From Blastocystis sp. Blastoise (Eukaryota; Protista; Bigyra: Opalinata): a DNA stretch of 64,000 bases. How positions within the stretch are numbered: position 1 is the first letter of the stretch; every line of letters begins with the position of its first letter. Below are positions 33,750 through 63,215 of this stretch, one piece after another. Both the position numbers and the translations under genes were made by a program. A model generated the notes under the pieces. It was given only the letters and a program-made list of their open reading frames with translations. It had not been told where the DNA came from and did no database searches. The stretch lies in contig JBBPEB010000015.1 in the NCBI GenBank assembly GCA_039096225.1, positions 496,001-560,000 of the forward strand, given 5' to 3'.

Positions 33750-34703
33750 CTTATTTATATAATCTACTAAAACTTCTAATTTAAAAAAATCTAACAGTAT
33801 CAATGTACTATGACAAGTATAATAAAAAATGATGTTGTGTTTTCTGTAATGCTCCATTTTCAGAGATTTTAGTAAAGTAGTATTTTAAGAAAACAATTTT
33901 TGTGTAAAACTTGCAGATTGTGTTTATTAGATAAATCAGTGTTGTTTTATTGAGAAATGCGTTCAGATGTATAAATTGACATCTAGATTGATTAGGGTAT
34001 CTATGTATTATAAGAACATTATGAAAATTTGATTACTAGATATGTAACAAGTCGACTCAAATTGAGAGATTATGTTCTCAAAAATAGGGAAAAAACAAGG
34101 GAATGATGAGATTAACTGATATCCTTATGAAAAACAGATTTGTTGGTAATACTATGAAACAAAAAGTGTTCCATATTAGTTATACATAAAAAATTATAGT
34201 CATACTTTTTCCTAGGATAAGATATATGTATATTGTTTCATAGATTAAGTACACTAGAAAATAAAATTGCAATCTAAAGATGATCTATGATTTTATATGC
34301 AGTAGATACACAATAATATTCAACATTTATAGGAATTATGTAATATTTAATTCATTATGCAACATAATAATTTTCATCGAAAAATACTCGGATAAAACAG
34401 CGTAGCCCTTTTATTTATAAATAAGAAGACCGATGTTTAATCATATCTATGGACTGTTTGGGATGTAATATCTTGAAGGACATTTTATAAACGAGAAAAA
34501 ACAATAATCAACAAAATATCTGATTTTTCACTAATAATATTTGAATAACCCAAAATATTTAGTTTTTGTATTTATTTTAAAATTTGTAAATAGTGTATCT
34601 TGCTCTACCTAATATACTCATCAAATATATTAATCCTCTATTTGAAATCACGAACATTTAGCTATCGGACAACACATATAAAGCTGATAAAGATCACAAC
34701 AAT

Positions 34704-44193
<9,490 letters not shown>

Positions 44194-44602
44194 AGATATT
44201 CATAATAATAACTCTTTCATTTATACACTATTGTCTTGCTTCTAAGTGGGTTTTTTTATTCTTTTCTTTTTTATAATTATAAAAACACTTATAGTTGATA
44301 TTTAGACAATTCTTTTCCTTGTATTATCTTTATTTTATATTTATTTGTATAAATAGTTTCTTTGTCTCTTTTGCAATTTTTGTACCAGTATTTGTTTTTC
44401 AAAACTTATATGGTTGTTTTTGTTTTTCTTAAATTTGTGAAATAATTACTCAAATATAGAATATAGAAATTTTCTTTTTAGATTTTAAAAATTAAGAATA
44501 TACAATTAAATAATCCACAAGATATTGTTGAATACTGGTATCATCATTTAGCATGTATTATATATGTTTATATTAGTTTTAAAAGTTGTTTATTTGTTTA
44601 GA

Positions 44603-46855
44603 ATGTGCATTCGTAGTTTATTCATATATATACAGTTAATTTTCATAATAATCCAGTTTCTATCGTATGTATTTGCGTAAATAAATAAAAATCATTAGTA
44701 GTTTTCCTGTTTATTCATCATCAACAGAAATAGATGCATCATCTCTTTATTCAGTACATAAGATAATTATGTTTCTAGATGTAGTATAGGTAATATGGAG
44801 TGCTCCTTTCTTTAGTGGTGGTGGATATTGTTCTGAAGCCATAGAAATATTCAAATCTCTTTTGGATGCTAATATAAGTGTTAGTATTGTTCAAGTATGG
44901 CTCTAACATTAGATTTCCAATTCTATCAATTCATTATTAAATGTTTATAGCATGGTGATTCATACAATTCCGACTTTCTGTTTGGATTAGATAAGACAGT
45001 ATATATATTCTAGTGAGTGTCATAATTGAAAATAAATGAATTTATATATAGTTGATGTATACGCTTTCAAAATACATGTATATTCAAAATGATCCTTTAA
45101 AGTCAATTTGTGTTTGTCATTCAGAACCTGGTGCTTGGTCTCCTGCTTTATATAGTACCAGCGTGTGTCCAAATCAAAGTATATTCTTTAAAAACATATA
45201 TATATATATTTTAATTTTTCTATTCCGTATAGATTGCGCTTATAAGATTGGGCGAACAATGTTTGAAAGTGATCGTCTTCCTAATGGATGGAAAGAGCGA
45301 CTTGAGAAAATGGATGAAGTATAATTCTTATCTCTTAATATATATATAACAAAACATATGTTTCTATTTAATTGTATAACAACATATTCTTTTGTTTTTT
45401 GTTTCGTTGATTTAATTTGTATTTATATAGATATGGGTTCCATCTCATTTTATGTCTTCTATATTATTACAAGCAGGCCTCTCTAAAGAGATTATTCACA
45501 TTGTCCCAGAACCGGTAGACACTCAACTCTTCACTCCTTATGGACCTAAATATACACGTATTATATATCATCCACTTTATGGGTATCTATGCTTATTATT
45601 ATTATTATTAGTGTGTAATTATTATTATTATAATAAATGTTATTATAAATATTTTGTATATAACATTTATTAGAATTATTATAAATATCATTATAAATAT
45701 CATTATAAATATAATTTTATTATTGTGTATATTACACTTATTATTATTATTAATATATTATAAATATTATATATACTACTCTTATTATTATAAATATTAT
45801 TATAATTATTATTATGAATAGTTATACTTATTATTATTGTATTATATAATAATAACAATTTCCAATAAATATATTTCTATTCCTATTCTTTTAATATACT
45901 ATATAGAAAGGATATATTTAAGTATTTCTCTGTATTTAAATATGAGCCACGAAAAGGCGTCGAGTTACTTTTGGAGAGTTATTTAGATACGTTTAATAGA
46001 ACAAGTCGTGTGGGATTATACTTGTTAACTCATAATTATAAAGATAATGATTCCAATGATATTCATCAGTATATTCGATCCTTTTGTAAGAAGCATCAAC
46101 GATCTAAAGACACTCTTCCCTTTATTCATGTATGTATATTGTTCTATAATATTATTATTATAACATTTTATTTATTGTTATGTAATAGTATTATTATTAT
46201 GATATATATATAGATAATAACAGATTATCTAAGTGATTCAGATCTAGCTTCACTATATCGTTCTGTATATATATATATAATTTTGTTTCTATATAATAGA
46301 GTATAAAAGTCACATTTCAATACATATATCATATATTATATATCATATATATATAGATGAATATATATGTATTGCCAACAAGAGGAGAAGGATGGGGTCG
46401 ACCGCTACAGGAGGCTTTGAGTACCGGATTGTCGGTAATTACCACAAATTGGAGTGGACAAACAGAATTTATTAATGAATCGAATGGATATCTTATTAAT
46501 CTTGATGGATTCGTATATATATATTATTGATTTATTATTTTATAACAACTCAATATCTATCTTTTCTTGATTTATTATACAAATACAATTATATATATAT
46601 ATATATATATAGATTCGTTTGCCATTATCTTCCTTTCCAGATCATTTATTTGCAAATCCATCTTTAGGTCATTTGAAGGAATTATTATTATATACTTCTT
46701 TCCATCCAAATGAAGTAAAACAAAAAGGTAAAAAAGGAAGACAAGATATGGAACACTATTATTCAGAACATCAGATGGGAGTTCTATTAAAGCGAGAAAT
46801 AAAACGAATTTCTTCTCTTCTTCAAATAAAACAGTCGTACTCAAATGAGTTATAA
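44603..46855 (+). CDS. Glycosyltransferase family 4 (GT-B, Glycos_transf_1) with signal/anchor and C-terminal SNEL
   Basis: MCIRSLFIYIQLIFIIIQFLS leader, WSAPFFSGGGYCSEA, IGRTMFESDRLP, DEIWVPSHF, SVFKYEPRKG, LPTRGEGWGRPLQEAL..GL.VITTNWSGQTEF (E-x7-E motif). Confidence 0.88.
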
Positions 46856-46987
46856 TAGTTATTATATAACAAATATATATATATATAATTATTTATGTCA
46901 ATTGTTTTGCATATTTAACATAAACAATATTAAAAAAAATAAACCAAACAAAAGAATAACTATAACTTATATACAATACATATATAT

Positions 46988-48525
46988 TTATATGCAGAAT
47001 GTATCTACATTCAAATCATTGTTATTATTTAATGAACAAAGATTTTTAATAATGTTAGAATGATCTTCTTTAAGAGGAATAGAGAAATGGCATTTCTTCA
47101 TTAAGTTTTGAATAGCATTTATATAACAGTGTTGATCATATTTATTAGCAGATAATGTATGTAGACTTTGGGCTATGATTTCATTATGTGTATATTGAAT
47201 AGCAATTTTCATCATAATAATATCATGTTTAATTTCTTGTAATTGAAGAGCAACAAGTTTATTCATTTCATTATTTAATTGTTCTTTAGAAGAGCGGATA
47301 GCTTTCCATTTAGCAAGATGAAGTGGAACTTGATCTAAAGGAATAATACCATGAGGAGTATTAGAAGAAGAAGAAGAAGTATTAATTTGTGTTGTATTGA
47401 CAATAATATTTGTGCCAATAAATTCACTAATTAATTTTGATTTCATAGATTCAATATCACCATAAAGACTTGGTGTTTGACCACTTTTATATCGTACTTC
47501 TTCAAATACATATGTATAAATATCATAAAGAGATATATTACCTTGATTTGTATTTTCTACTTTACTCATCCATAAATTATCATATAATCCTCCTAAGCAA
47601 GTATCCATTTGAATTCCATTAATTCTATCGTATGGAGGACAATTGGACATAGCAGCATTCTTACCTTCCATACTACTTGTAAATATATATGTATTTAATC
47701 CTTTAGGTAATGATTTAAACATAGAACCTGAATGGCATGCCTCCATAAAGAAAACTAAATCTTTATACATATGTTTCATATGTAAAGATTGAATAGATTC
47801 TATTAATTGAGTACTTGTTACTATACCTTCACCTACATATATTAAATCTTCATCACCATGATCAATAAAATATATAAAAATTGAATCTTCTTCTGTTGAC
47901 TAGATTTATATAATTTATATAATTGAAGTGATATATAAATATAATAAAGAAGAATTTATTATAGATAATAAACATATAATAGATATAAAATGAATATATA
48001 ATAAATATAAAATTAATTTAAAAGAAATATATAATAAATAATAATAAATATATAATAAATAAAATAATATTAAAAAAGATAAAAAATATATATATATTAA
48101 AAATATATACTAAATAAAAAGCATACCTTCAATACTTTTGGATTAGTTTTTCCTGTAATTGACTTCACTTTCTCTTCATCTCCAGAAAGTAGAGCTATAA
48201 ATAATTCAGGTGTGATATCCTCATCTTTATAATCAAAATGATCATAACATTGCTTTGCATAATCTTTCAAATTGTCTCCAGAACCAGGATCTGTATACAT
48301 AGTATAAGGGAATGGGTTATATTTATCTTTGTAATTCTCTGTATATGACATATAAATTAAATGATCTGAAGAAACTCCAGCATTAATAAGAAGATCATAG
48401 GCTCTACATGGCTCAGATGTAATACTATAGTTTTGCCATCCATTAGCAGTTCCAAGAACCATTGCCCATTTTTCTGCAATGGTAAGCGATATTAAACATA
48501 AAAAAACAAAATAAAACAACTTCAT
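46988..48525 (-). CDS. Legumain-like cysteine peptidase (C13), secreted, with C-terminal prodomain; one intron (47900-48126)
   Basis: Signal peptide, KWAMVLGTANGWQNY, NPFP, DY..EDITPE.F, catalytic dyad in YFIDHG and FMEACHSGSMF, TCLG. Confidence 0.92.
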
Positions 48526-49554
48526 CAATATTTCTCAACAAAATATATGAAAAGATATAAATTTATTTTAAAAATTTTTGCTTTTTGTCTTTGGAAACCG
48601 AATATTTAGAATGAAATTTTATTATAAATATATACATTGTATTAGCATTTTTATTTTGGAAAAATATGGATTAATATGTACACTCATATCTATAATAGGT
48701 GCATGTATATTGGACATGTATCTGATTCATGGATTTCAGATGTGTTGAATTTTTTCCTTATACATATACATAATATTACAGAAACAATAATTTGAAAAAT
48801 AATAGGACATGCTGTAAGAGAAAGAAAAAGATTTTTTTGGATCAAATGTATTTTGATTTGGTTTTAATATTCATTTATTATCAGTAATTAATCTAATCGA
48901 TATTCTCATTTCAGTACTCACATTAGAAAGGATTGCAAAACAAGTTTTTGAATTCCAATAACAATACTATCTTTGCAATCCCATTGACTGACAGTTTATA
49001 ATTTATTATATGATGAATAAAAATTCTATAGAATATAGTTTTTGGTATAAAGAATATTTATTCAATTCTGTTTTTTTTGTTTGTATTTACATTTTTTATT
49101 GTCATTGGCTTATAAATAGTATTATACAGACTTTCGACATGTTCTTTGTTTCTCAATCACAGTATATAATGTAAATAAAATAAGTTGAGAATAGTTGTTC
49201 TTCAATATTTTATTCAATGAGAATGGAAACAAGTATGATTACAATAGAATCTGTTTATCAATATGAATATTATTAATAAAAGTGAAAAGATTGTAAACTT
49301 GGAACATCTTGCTGTTCCATAGACCTCCAGAATACATCTGAACCGTGTCTCTAAGTTAAGAATATATACATAAAAGTGAAGAATAGATGAGGAAACATAA
49401 ATAGAAAGAAATTAATGAAAAGGAGATTGAGATATATGGAGATATCTGTAGAACAACAATCTTCTCTTATCAAGATGCTTTTTTTGCCAATATATTTTTT
49501 GCACTGATTAACCACACTAATGAGATATTGTGAGATTTCAAATGACTCTTTTAG

Positions 49555-49665
49555 TCCAATCATATTGCGTATTTCTTCATCTCATTTTTATTTTTAAGCT
49601 ATATTATTGGTTACTAAAAATTTGAAGCCAATAATCCTCCATTGAAGTCTCGTTCATCCAATAAT
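49555..49665. promoter_or_regulatory. CCAAT-box cluster upstream of the unknown membrane protein gene
   Basis: Four CCAAT/ATTGG (about 49557, 49606, 49628, 49658) 200-310 nt before the ATG at 49870. Confidence 0.4.
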
Positions 49666-49869
49666 ATTAAAAACGTTATTTTTTTGGTTTTTTCCCAAAA
49701 AAGAGTTGAAAAGCAAAAGCTTTCAAAAAGGTCGAAAAGTCTATTTTTTCTTTAGTAAAAAATATATTTCTCTGCTAGAAACTGCTTATTTAACATTATA
49801 TGTTACTCTGTGGTCATAAAAGACTTATTTAAACTATTTAGATAATCAAATAAGAAAAGATATAAACAA

Positions 49870-51931
49870 ATGAAAGGAGATACTGATGAATTATATAATA
49901 ATTATTTGCAGATATTAGAAAATCAGTCATTCCATGAGCCTATGATTGACCGAGAACAATTTGAATGGATGTATTCAGATGCCAGTTTACAGTTGATGTA
50001 TTTATTTCTCTATAATTTTTCTATAAATTAAATAACCTATGTGATATCAATGATTGAACATGTTTACATGTTTCAAAATACTATGTTTTTAAAGTTACTG
50101 TTTATTGTAACAATTGTCTGTTTTACTTTCTTCGTTACTGCTATTATGATTTATTCAAATTGCAAAATCTATTTTTTATTATATACAGTGCTGACAAGAA
50201 ACGCTATTTTGAAAAATGTACAAAGAAAGTTGTATCCAAGTATTGCTTGGTAGCCCTTTATTCTGTTGGAATTGTATATAATATTAATCCTATTTTTCGG
50301 TATTTATATATACATAGATTTCATTTTTATTGCTCATTACGATGGCATTTTTGAATATTATTCAACCAATGGATTATGCATTTTATGTATTTCTTGGATT
50401 CTCCGAACTTATTCCTCTCCTTACATTAGAATCGGGATACTTTATAGAATATAGTTATAAAGTCATGAAGGTCATCGTATGTTTTATTAGTATTTTTAAA
50501 TATTTCGTTATTCATATTCTATATAATATATATTTTTTTATAGAATTTTATAAGTCATATACTAAATGTTGGCCTGTTCTTATTTTTATTATTGAGTGTC
50601 TTTGATAAGTTGCTGATTTCTCGATATTTCTGGATTGATATTGTTCTCTTTATTACTTTTTTTTATAATGTATATATATATATGTATATATAATTGTGAT
50701 ACTTTATCTGTTTTTTATTATGATAGACTTTTTATTATGATTATGTTTATAAAATAAAATAATTATAATATTTATAAAATAATAATAATTAAAAAATTTA
50801 TTTTATAATAATAATTATAAAATAATAATAATTTATATAGATTATAAATAATTATGTGGTTTTGAAAAATTATGAAGTGTATAAAAGTTGCAAGTCTATT
50901 CGTATATATATATATAATATATATACTCTATTTAGATATTTTAAATTCTAATATGACTTTATTGTTATATTTCTGTAGGTGGTGTATATCAAGATATAGT
51001 AGCTAAACATTATGAGAATGTATTACAATTGAATAAAGAGATTGTTATGTATATTATAATATGTATGGATATTCGTGATGTATTAATATCCTTCTTAATA
51101 CAACGAAAAGACTATATTATTCAAAGGAATATCTCTTATAATGTTTCAGAACAAGTCAGCATGGATGATTTAATTGTTCAGATGAATAAAGTATTAAATT
51201 ATGTTCGTATTGATTTAAAGGAAGATAAAGAAATTCTATTATATTTGAATAAATATAATTATATAGATGAATATTATCATTATATTGATATCCATAAAGA
51301 AATACATCTTCCCTTATCTCCAAAACCTTATTCCCCTACTAAGAATAACGATACAAATAGAACTACCTTATCATCAACAACAGATAATAACGCAGTTTAT
51401 ACTGTTACAGAGAATCACATGATTCCTAATACAACTACCAGTAATCCTTCAACAATATACCCTTCGTTACGAGTAAACCCAAATCTGTTACATATAAATG
51501 ATATTGAAACTGGTATTATACGGTATAGTGATGTTCATAATGAAGATAAACAAAATGTACCTATATATTCATCACAAAATATATCTACTCAGAATTCAGA
51601 TACACTTCCTTCTCCTAAAGAAATGTCTCCAAATATGACAACTCATTCTACATCTCCTCTTTTATCTTCTTCTAATAATAGTAATAATACTAATATTACT
51701 ACTACTATTATTAATAATAATACTACTAATACTAATAATAATAATAATATCTCTGATAATACTACTGCAAATCCAATAGATTCTCATGATATTCATACTA
51801 TTACCATCTGTATTCCTAATAGTGAAGAAACACAATCAGATTCCTATTTTGTTCCTACTACGATTTCGTTAGATAATAAAACTAGCTGTTTCTCTTCCCA
51901 AAATGCAGATTCGTTATTCTTGAATCTATAA
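49870..51931 (+). CDS. Hypothetical multi-exon membrane protein (about 4 hydrophobic segments) with a T/N/S-rich C-terminal tail
   Basis: ATG at 49870. GT-AG joinable exons with TM-like stretches (YCLVALYSVGIISFLLLITMAFLNII, YAFYVFLGFSELIPLLTL) lead into the 300-aa terminal ORF. The exon structure is uncertain. Confidence 0.5.
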
Positions 51932-52255
51932 AATAAGTATATCTATTTATATATCATTCTTTCTTATTCATCTTTTTTACTATTTAGAAAACGCTATATT
52001 TTTAATGGAATATTATTCTCATAGTATTATCGTATTCATTCGAGTGTCATTATATTCCGTATGCTTTATTATCAAAAACAATACATATATGTTCTTTTAT
52101 TTGGTATCTTTTATCTATTTCAGTTTCTCTGGTAAATGCATTCATTTCCTTTGCTATTTATTATACAGATCTCTCTATTATTAATACTACTTATTTGGAC
52201 ATCTCCATATTTCTATATTTATTGTGTCTCTGATTTATTCTCTTTTCTTTTTAAC

Positions 52256-52290
<35 letters not shown>

Positions 52291-53093
52291 TACATTTTTA
52301 GATATATTTCTTATTATCTATATTCTAATTTAATAATCTGTTTGAAATCTTAATTATGGATGTGTTCGTCTTATTTTTATTACAAATTTCGATTCATTCT
52401 TCATTCATGTTTCTCTTTTCTTTTTTTTCTTTTTTTCCTTTTTTTAACCCTATTTAAACATCTATTTTTCTAATCTTCATTTATATATCAATCTCTCAAT
52501 ATAAATTAATATTTTATAAAACCGTAATACGCTTATACAGTTAATTTTATTATTTTTTTCTCCTCTAAGCTTTGTTTTTTTAAAATCTTTTTTACGTTTT
52601 TTTAAAATTCTTATATCAACATCAGGTATAACTATATATATGTATTTATATGTGAATTGATTTTTTTTAGAGATCCAATCGTCGATAAAACCCATTTTTC
52701 TTCTAGTATAATCAACAATATTTAAACTCTTTTTATTCATTAAAATTTACAACATATACACTAACTCAGTTATTCAATACTTAAAACGAAATCTAAATTA
52801 TTATTGGACATATAAACGTAGTAAAATGACAGTAATCTGAAGAGAAAAAAACTGTAACTTCAAAAATTCTAGTTATTCTTTTATCGATTTCTTCCGTTTT
52901 ATATTCTGTCGTTGTCTAAATAAAACTAGTTATTGTTTTTATTGGACAAACTCACCAAAATAGCCAATGAATCTATAGATTATCAACTACAGGTTATTTG
53001 TTAATCTTTGTTTTGAAATCTATAAAAACAAATTGTATTTTATTAGAAAACGTATTATTATTTTATTTTTTAATTTGAAGTCGTTATTCAATC

Positions 53094-53681
53094 ATGTCTT
53101 CTGAACAAAATGAATCCACTCCTTCTGTCAATGTGACTCTTGAAGAGAACTTACGTAAATTCCAAGAAGCTTTAAGTGCTCTTACTGCTACTTTCTCTCA
53201 ACAAGGACAAGAAGCTATTAATCAAATTAATAACCTTGCTACTAGCATTGATCCTAGTTTCCATTATGATAGTTCTAAGATTCTCTCTGAAAATTCTGGA
53301 TTTCCTAGTGCCCCTAAGCCTAAGAAAACTGAATATGCTGTTTTCTACTTTAATCACGGTAAGTGCCGATATCCTTTACCTGTGGATGTTTTAAGATCTC
53401 ATCCTGGTTTCTTATTAACTGATATCTACAATACTCATAAGGATGAAGCCGGTAGTGCTACTGGTACTAAGGATGAAAAGGGTTATTTTAACGTTGATCA
53501 AGATGAACATTATTTCCCTATTATCTATAGTTACCTTAAGGGAAATGCTATTGATATTAGCAAGTATAATGATGAACAACAGAAGAAGATTGTTGAAGAA
53601 TTCGATAAATTCCGCTTGCAATTACCTACTAACCTCGTTCCTATCAAGCTGAAGATGAGAAAGAATGAAGGTAGTGCTTAA
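53094..53681 (+). CDS. BTB/POZ (KCTD/T1-type) domain protein, intronless
   Basis: FYFNHG...LPVDVLRSHPGFLL...GYFNVDQDEHYFPIIYSYLKG...IVEEFDKFRLQLP. CCAAT boxes lie upstream (52804, 52941, 52964). Confidence 0.8.
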   Translation: MSSEQNESTPSVNVTLEENLRKFQEALSALTATFSQQGQEAINQINNLATSIDPSFHYDSSKILSENSGFPSAPKPKKTEYAVFYFNHGKCRYPLPVDVLRSHPGFLLTDIYNTHKDEAGSATGTKDEKGYFNVDQDEHYFPIIYSYLKGNAIDISKYNDEQQKKIVEEFDKFRLQLPTNLVPIKLKMRKNEGSA

Positions 53682-53923
53682 ATTTTGAATATATAATATA
53701 ATTTCGTTCAAAAATTTTGTATACATATGAAAATATGTATATGTTTCTATATTATTTTTGTTATTGTTGCATTTCTTTTCTATTAAATAATTATTCAAAC
53801 AACATATTTAATATAATATTTTTTTTTAATAAAAGAAGAAAAACTTAAAATAGAAAAACAAAATATATAACTATATAAAACTTATTATTTGATTTAGTTG
53901 ATATATATATATATATATGTATA

Positions 53924-60419
<6,496 letters not shown>

Positions 60420-61381
60420 TTCAATTGAAAAATTAGAATACAACTGTTTTTTAAGAAAACAGTTTCTCCTTTATAGAGCAAATTTGTAGTCATTTTTTAT
60501 TAATTTTCATGAAACACGTTTTGGTATCTTTATAAGGTAGAGATTATAATCAGAGCATTTTAGTCAGATATGAATTCAAGTGTTTATGTCTGAAATGATA
60601 CTGGCTTGTGTACTGAAAAAGGAGGAAAAATAAAGTATGCTGTTAATAGGGAATGAGAGGTTGAAAAGACTTTTTCGGGAGTAGTGAAAAAGAAAACCGC
60701 GGTTTTAATGAAAGTGTAGGTTTCATTTCGTTATATTCAAGGGAATATTAGCATCAGAGAGTCGTGTTCTAAGAAGAAACGAAGAGTATTTCTTTGGATG
60801 ATAAGAAGCTCTTTAGGGAGGGTATTCATATTATTCAGTCATCACAAAAAATAGAATGAGGAATAGAAATTGATTATCCATTAAAAGAATCATAAAGTCA
60901 CGTTTCACACTATATTGACAAATGGATTGAGGAAGAGTCATTATTCAGTCCAAAAAAATAATTAGTTGACTGAAATTTTTTTGTACTTCTATTGTTTTTT
61001 CATAAACTGATCATTAAGGATTTATTTGCAATAATTTTGGGTCACATAATGATATAAGAGGTCCTTGGAGATTATTCTGTTTTGAAAACGTGATTTTATA
61101 GTAGCATATTATGAATAATTAATAAGTAGCACTAAAGAATGAGGAACTACAAACATGAAGTAGAATATTATATGAAGAAATTAAATATAAAATAATAAAG
61201 AAGAAATGAGAGGAACAACAAAGAAAATGGAAATCACGATAATGAAATTGAAAAATTGAATAAATGAATAGGAATATAATTAAATAGAGACTTATATATA
61301 TATAAGCAATAATAATAATGAATCTTTGATGATGAAAAAGAATGGAAAAGGATTGATTGATTTTGTTTTTCGATTTAAAGA

Positions 61382-63171
61382 TTATTCACTCATTCTACGT
61401 TTACGTCCATAATCACTAGAATCCTATATTATCATATATAGAAGTTATCAACATGAATATAATGAATATACAAAGAATAATAGCATACATTGATCTGATC
61501 TTCATGTTGTTGATACCATTGTTCAAATGCTTCTTGAATAGGTTTACAATGTTGAATATTTCGAGAATATATACGAATAAATGTATCGATAAAATTATCA
61601 GGAAGCATACGAGAAATCTAATATATATAAATAGATAAGGTGTAAATATTAAATATATAAATATATAATATATAATTGTATAGTATGTCATAATAAATAC
61701 TCTCTCAATGTATAATATATAAATATAACAGATATAATATATAAAGATAGCATATATAATATACTTCATGAGGTTCAATATGATGATAATCATTATGTTT
61801 ATGTTTAGAGAAAAAGACAACATTATTCACAGGATTATTCTTCTATATATAGTGAATAAAAATAGATAATAGTACAACAAACATTAAAAAAGAAAGTATA
61901 AGCATATTTTTTGATGAGTTGTGTTTATATATAAATATATACTTTCATTCCAAAGTCAATAGAGACTACTTGACATAATATATCATCTTTGTCAACTATT
62001 ACATCTATAATAATTGTAATAATAACTTAGAATAAACATAATAACTTAATAATAACTTAGAATAAACATAATAACTTAATAATAACTTAGAATAAACATA
62101 ATAACTTAATAACAACTTTATATAAACATAATAACTTAATAATAATAACATTAAAAATAATAATAAAGAATGTACTTCCTCCTTTTTGGTTGCATATATC
62201 AAATAAAGTAGTTTCTAGTTCTTCTACTTGAATATGTTTATCATTAGTTTTATCTATAAGGAATTCACCTACACATTTATATAAATCTCTAAAGATAACA
62301 AAAAGATTATTTACTATTATAAAAAATAGTATTAACAAATATATATACATAACTATTTATATACCTATTCAGAATACGATTCATAATATATTGGGCCTTC
62401 TTCATATCTGGAGTTGTAGCATTCTTATTCATAATATCCTATAAACATATATATATATATGAAATAGCCAGAGATTGAGATTTAAATAAGAGTATACGCA
62501 TATTCATATCGAAATAATATGAATAACAATAAAAAAAAAAATTATAAATCTATTAAGAACAATATATATATATATATATATATACATGATAAATCCAATC
62601 TGTTGCTTGAACATAAACTTCAGGGTATTTATATATATCTGACAATTTATACTCTTGATCATTCTAAATAATAGTGTATAAAAATAGCATTATTATAATA
62701 ATATAATAGATGACATATATATATATAATTATATAAATACATATTTGATTGTATATCCACCTTTTTCAGCATAAATAAGAACCTCAGTCAGCATAATCTC
62801 AATAGACTTACATACTTTATGCTTTATATATATTTATTTTAATTATTATGAAAATAATATATACATAAATATAAATATAAATATAAATATAAATAAAAAT
62901 TAATAAAAATAAAAATATAAATAAAAATTAATAAAAATTAATAAAAATAAAAATAAAAATAAAAATAAAAATAAAAATAAAAATAAAAATAAAAATAATA
63001 TAAAAGAACATACTTGATAAACACGTTTATGTAAAGATGCTCGACTATGGAAGAATTCATATATATCAAAAGCTGCTTTCTCTGCATAACAAATCTATAT
63101 AGATTATTATTATATATTTATTATATAAACAATATGTAATGTTAATAAGGGAAATAAAGGAGTATATAATG

Positions 63172-63215
<44 letters not shown>

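Noticed and set aside
60420-60493. ORF-track start MTTNLL for the PH-RCC1 gene
   Set aside because: That frame reads through a clear 37-nt GTATGC...AAAG intron; the ATG at 60419 fits the splice phase better
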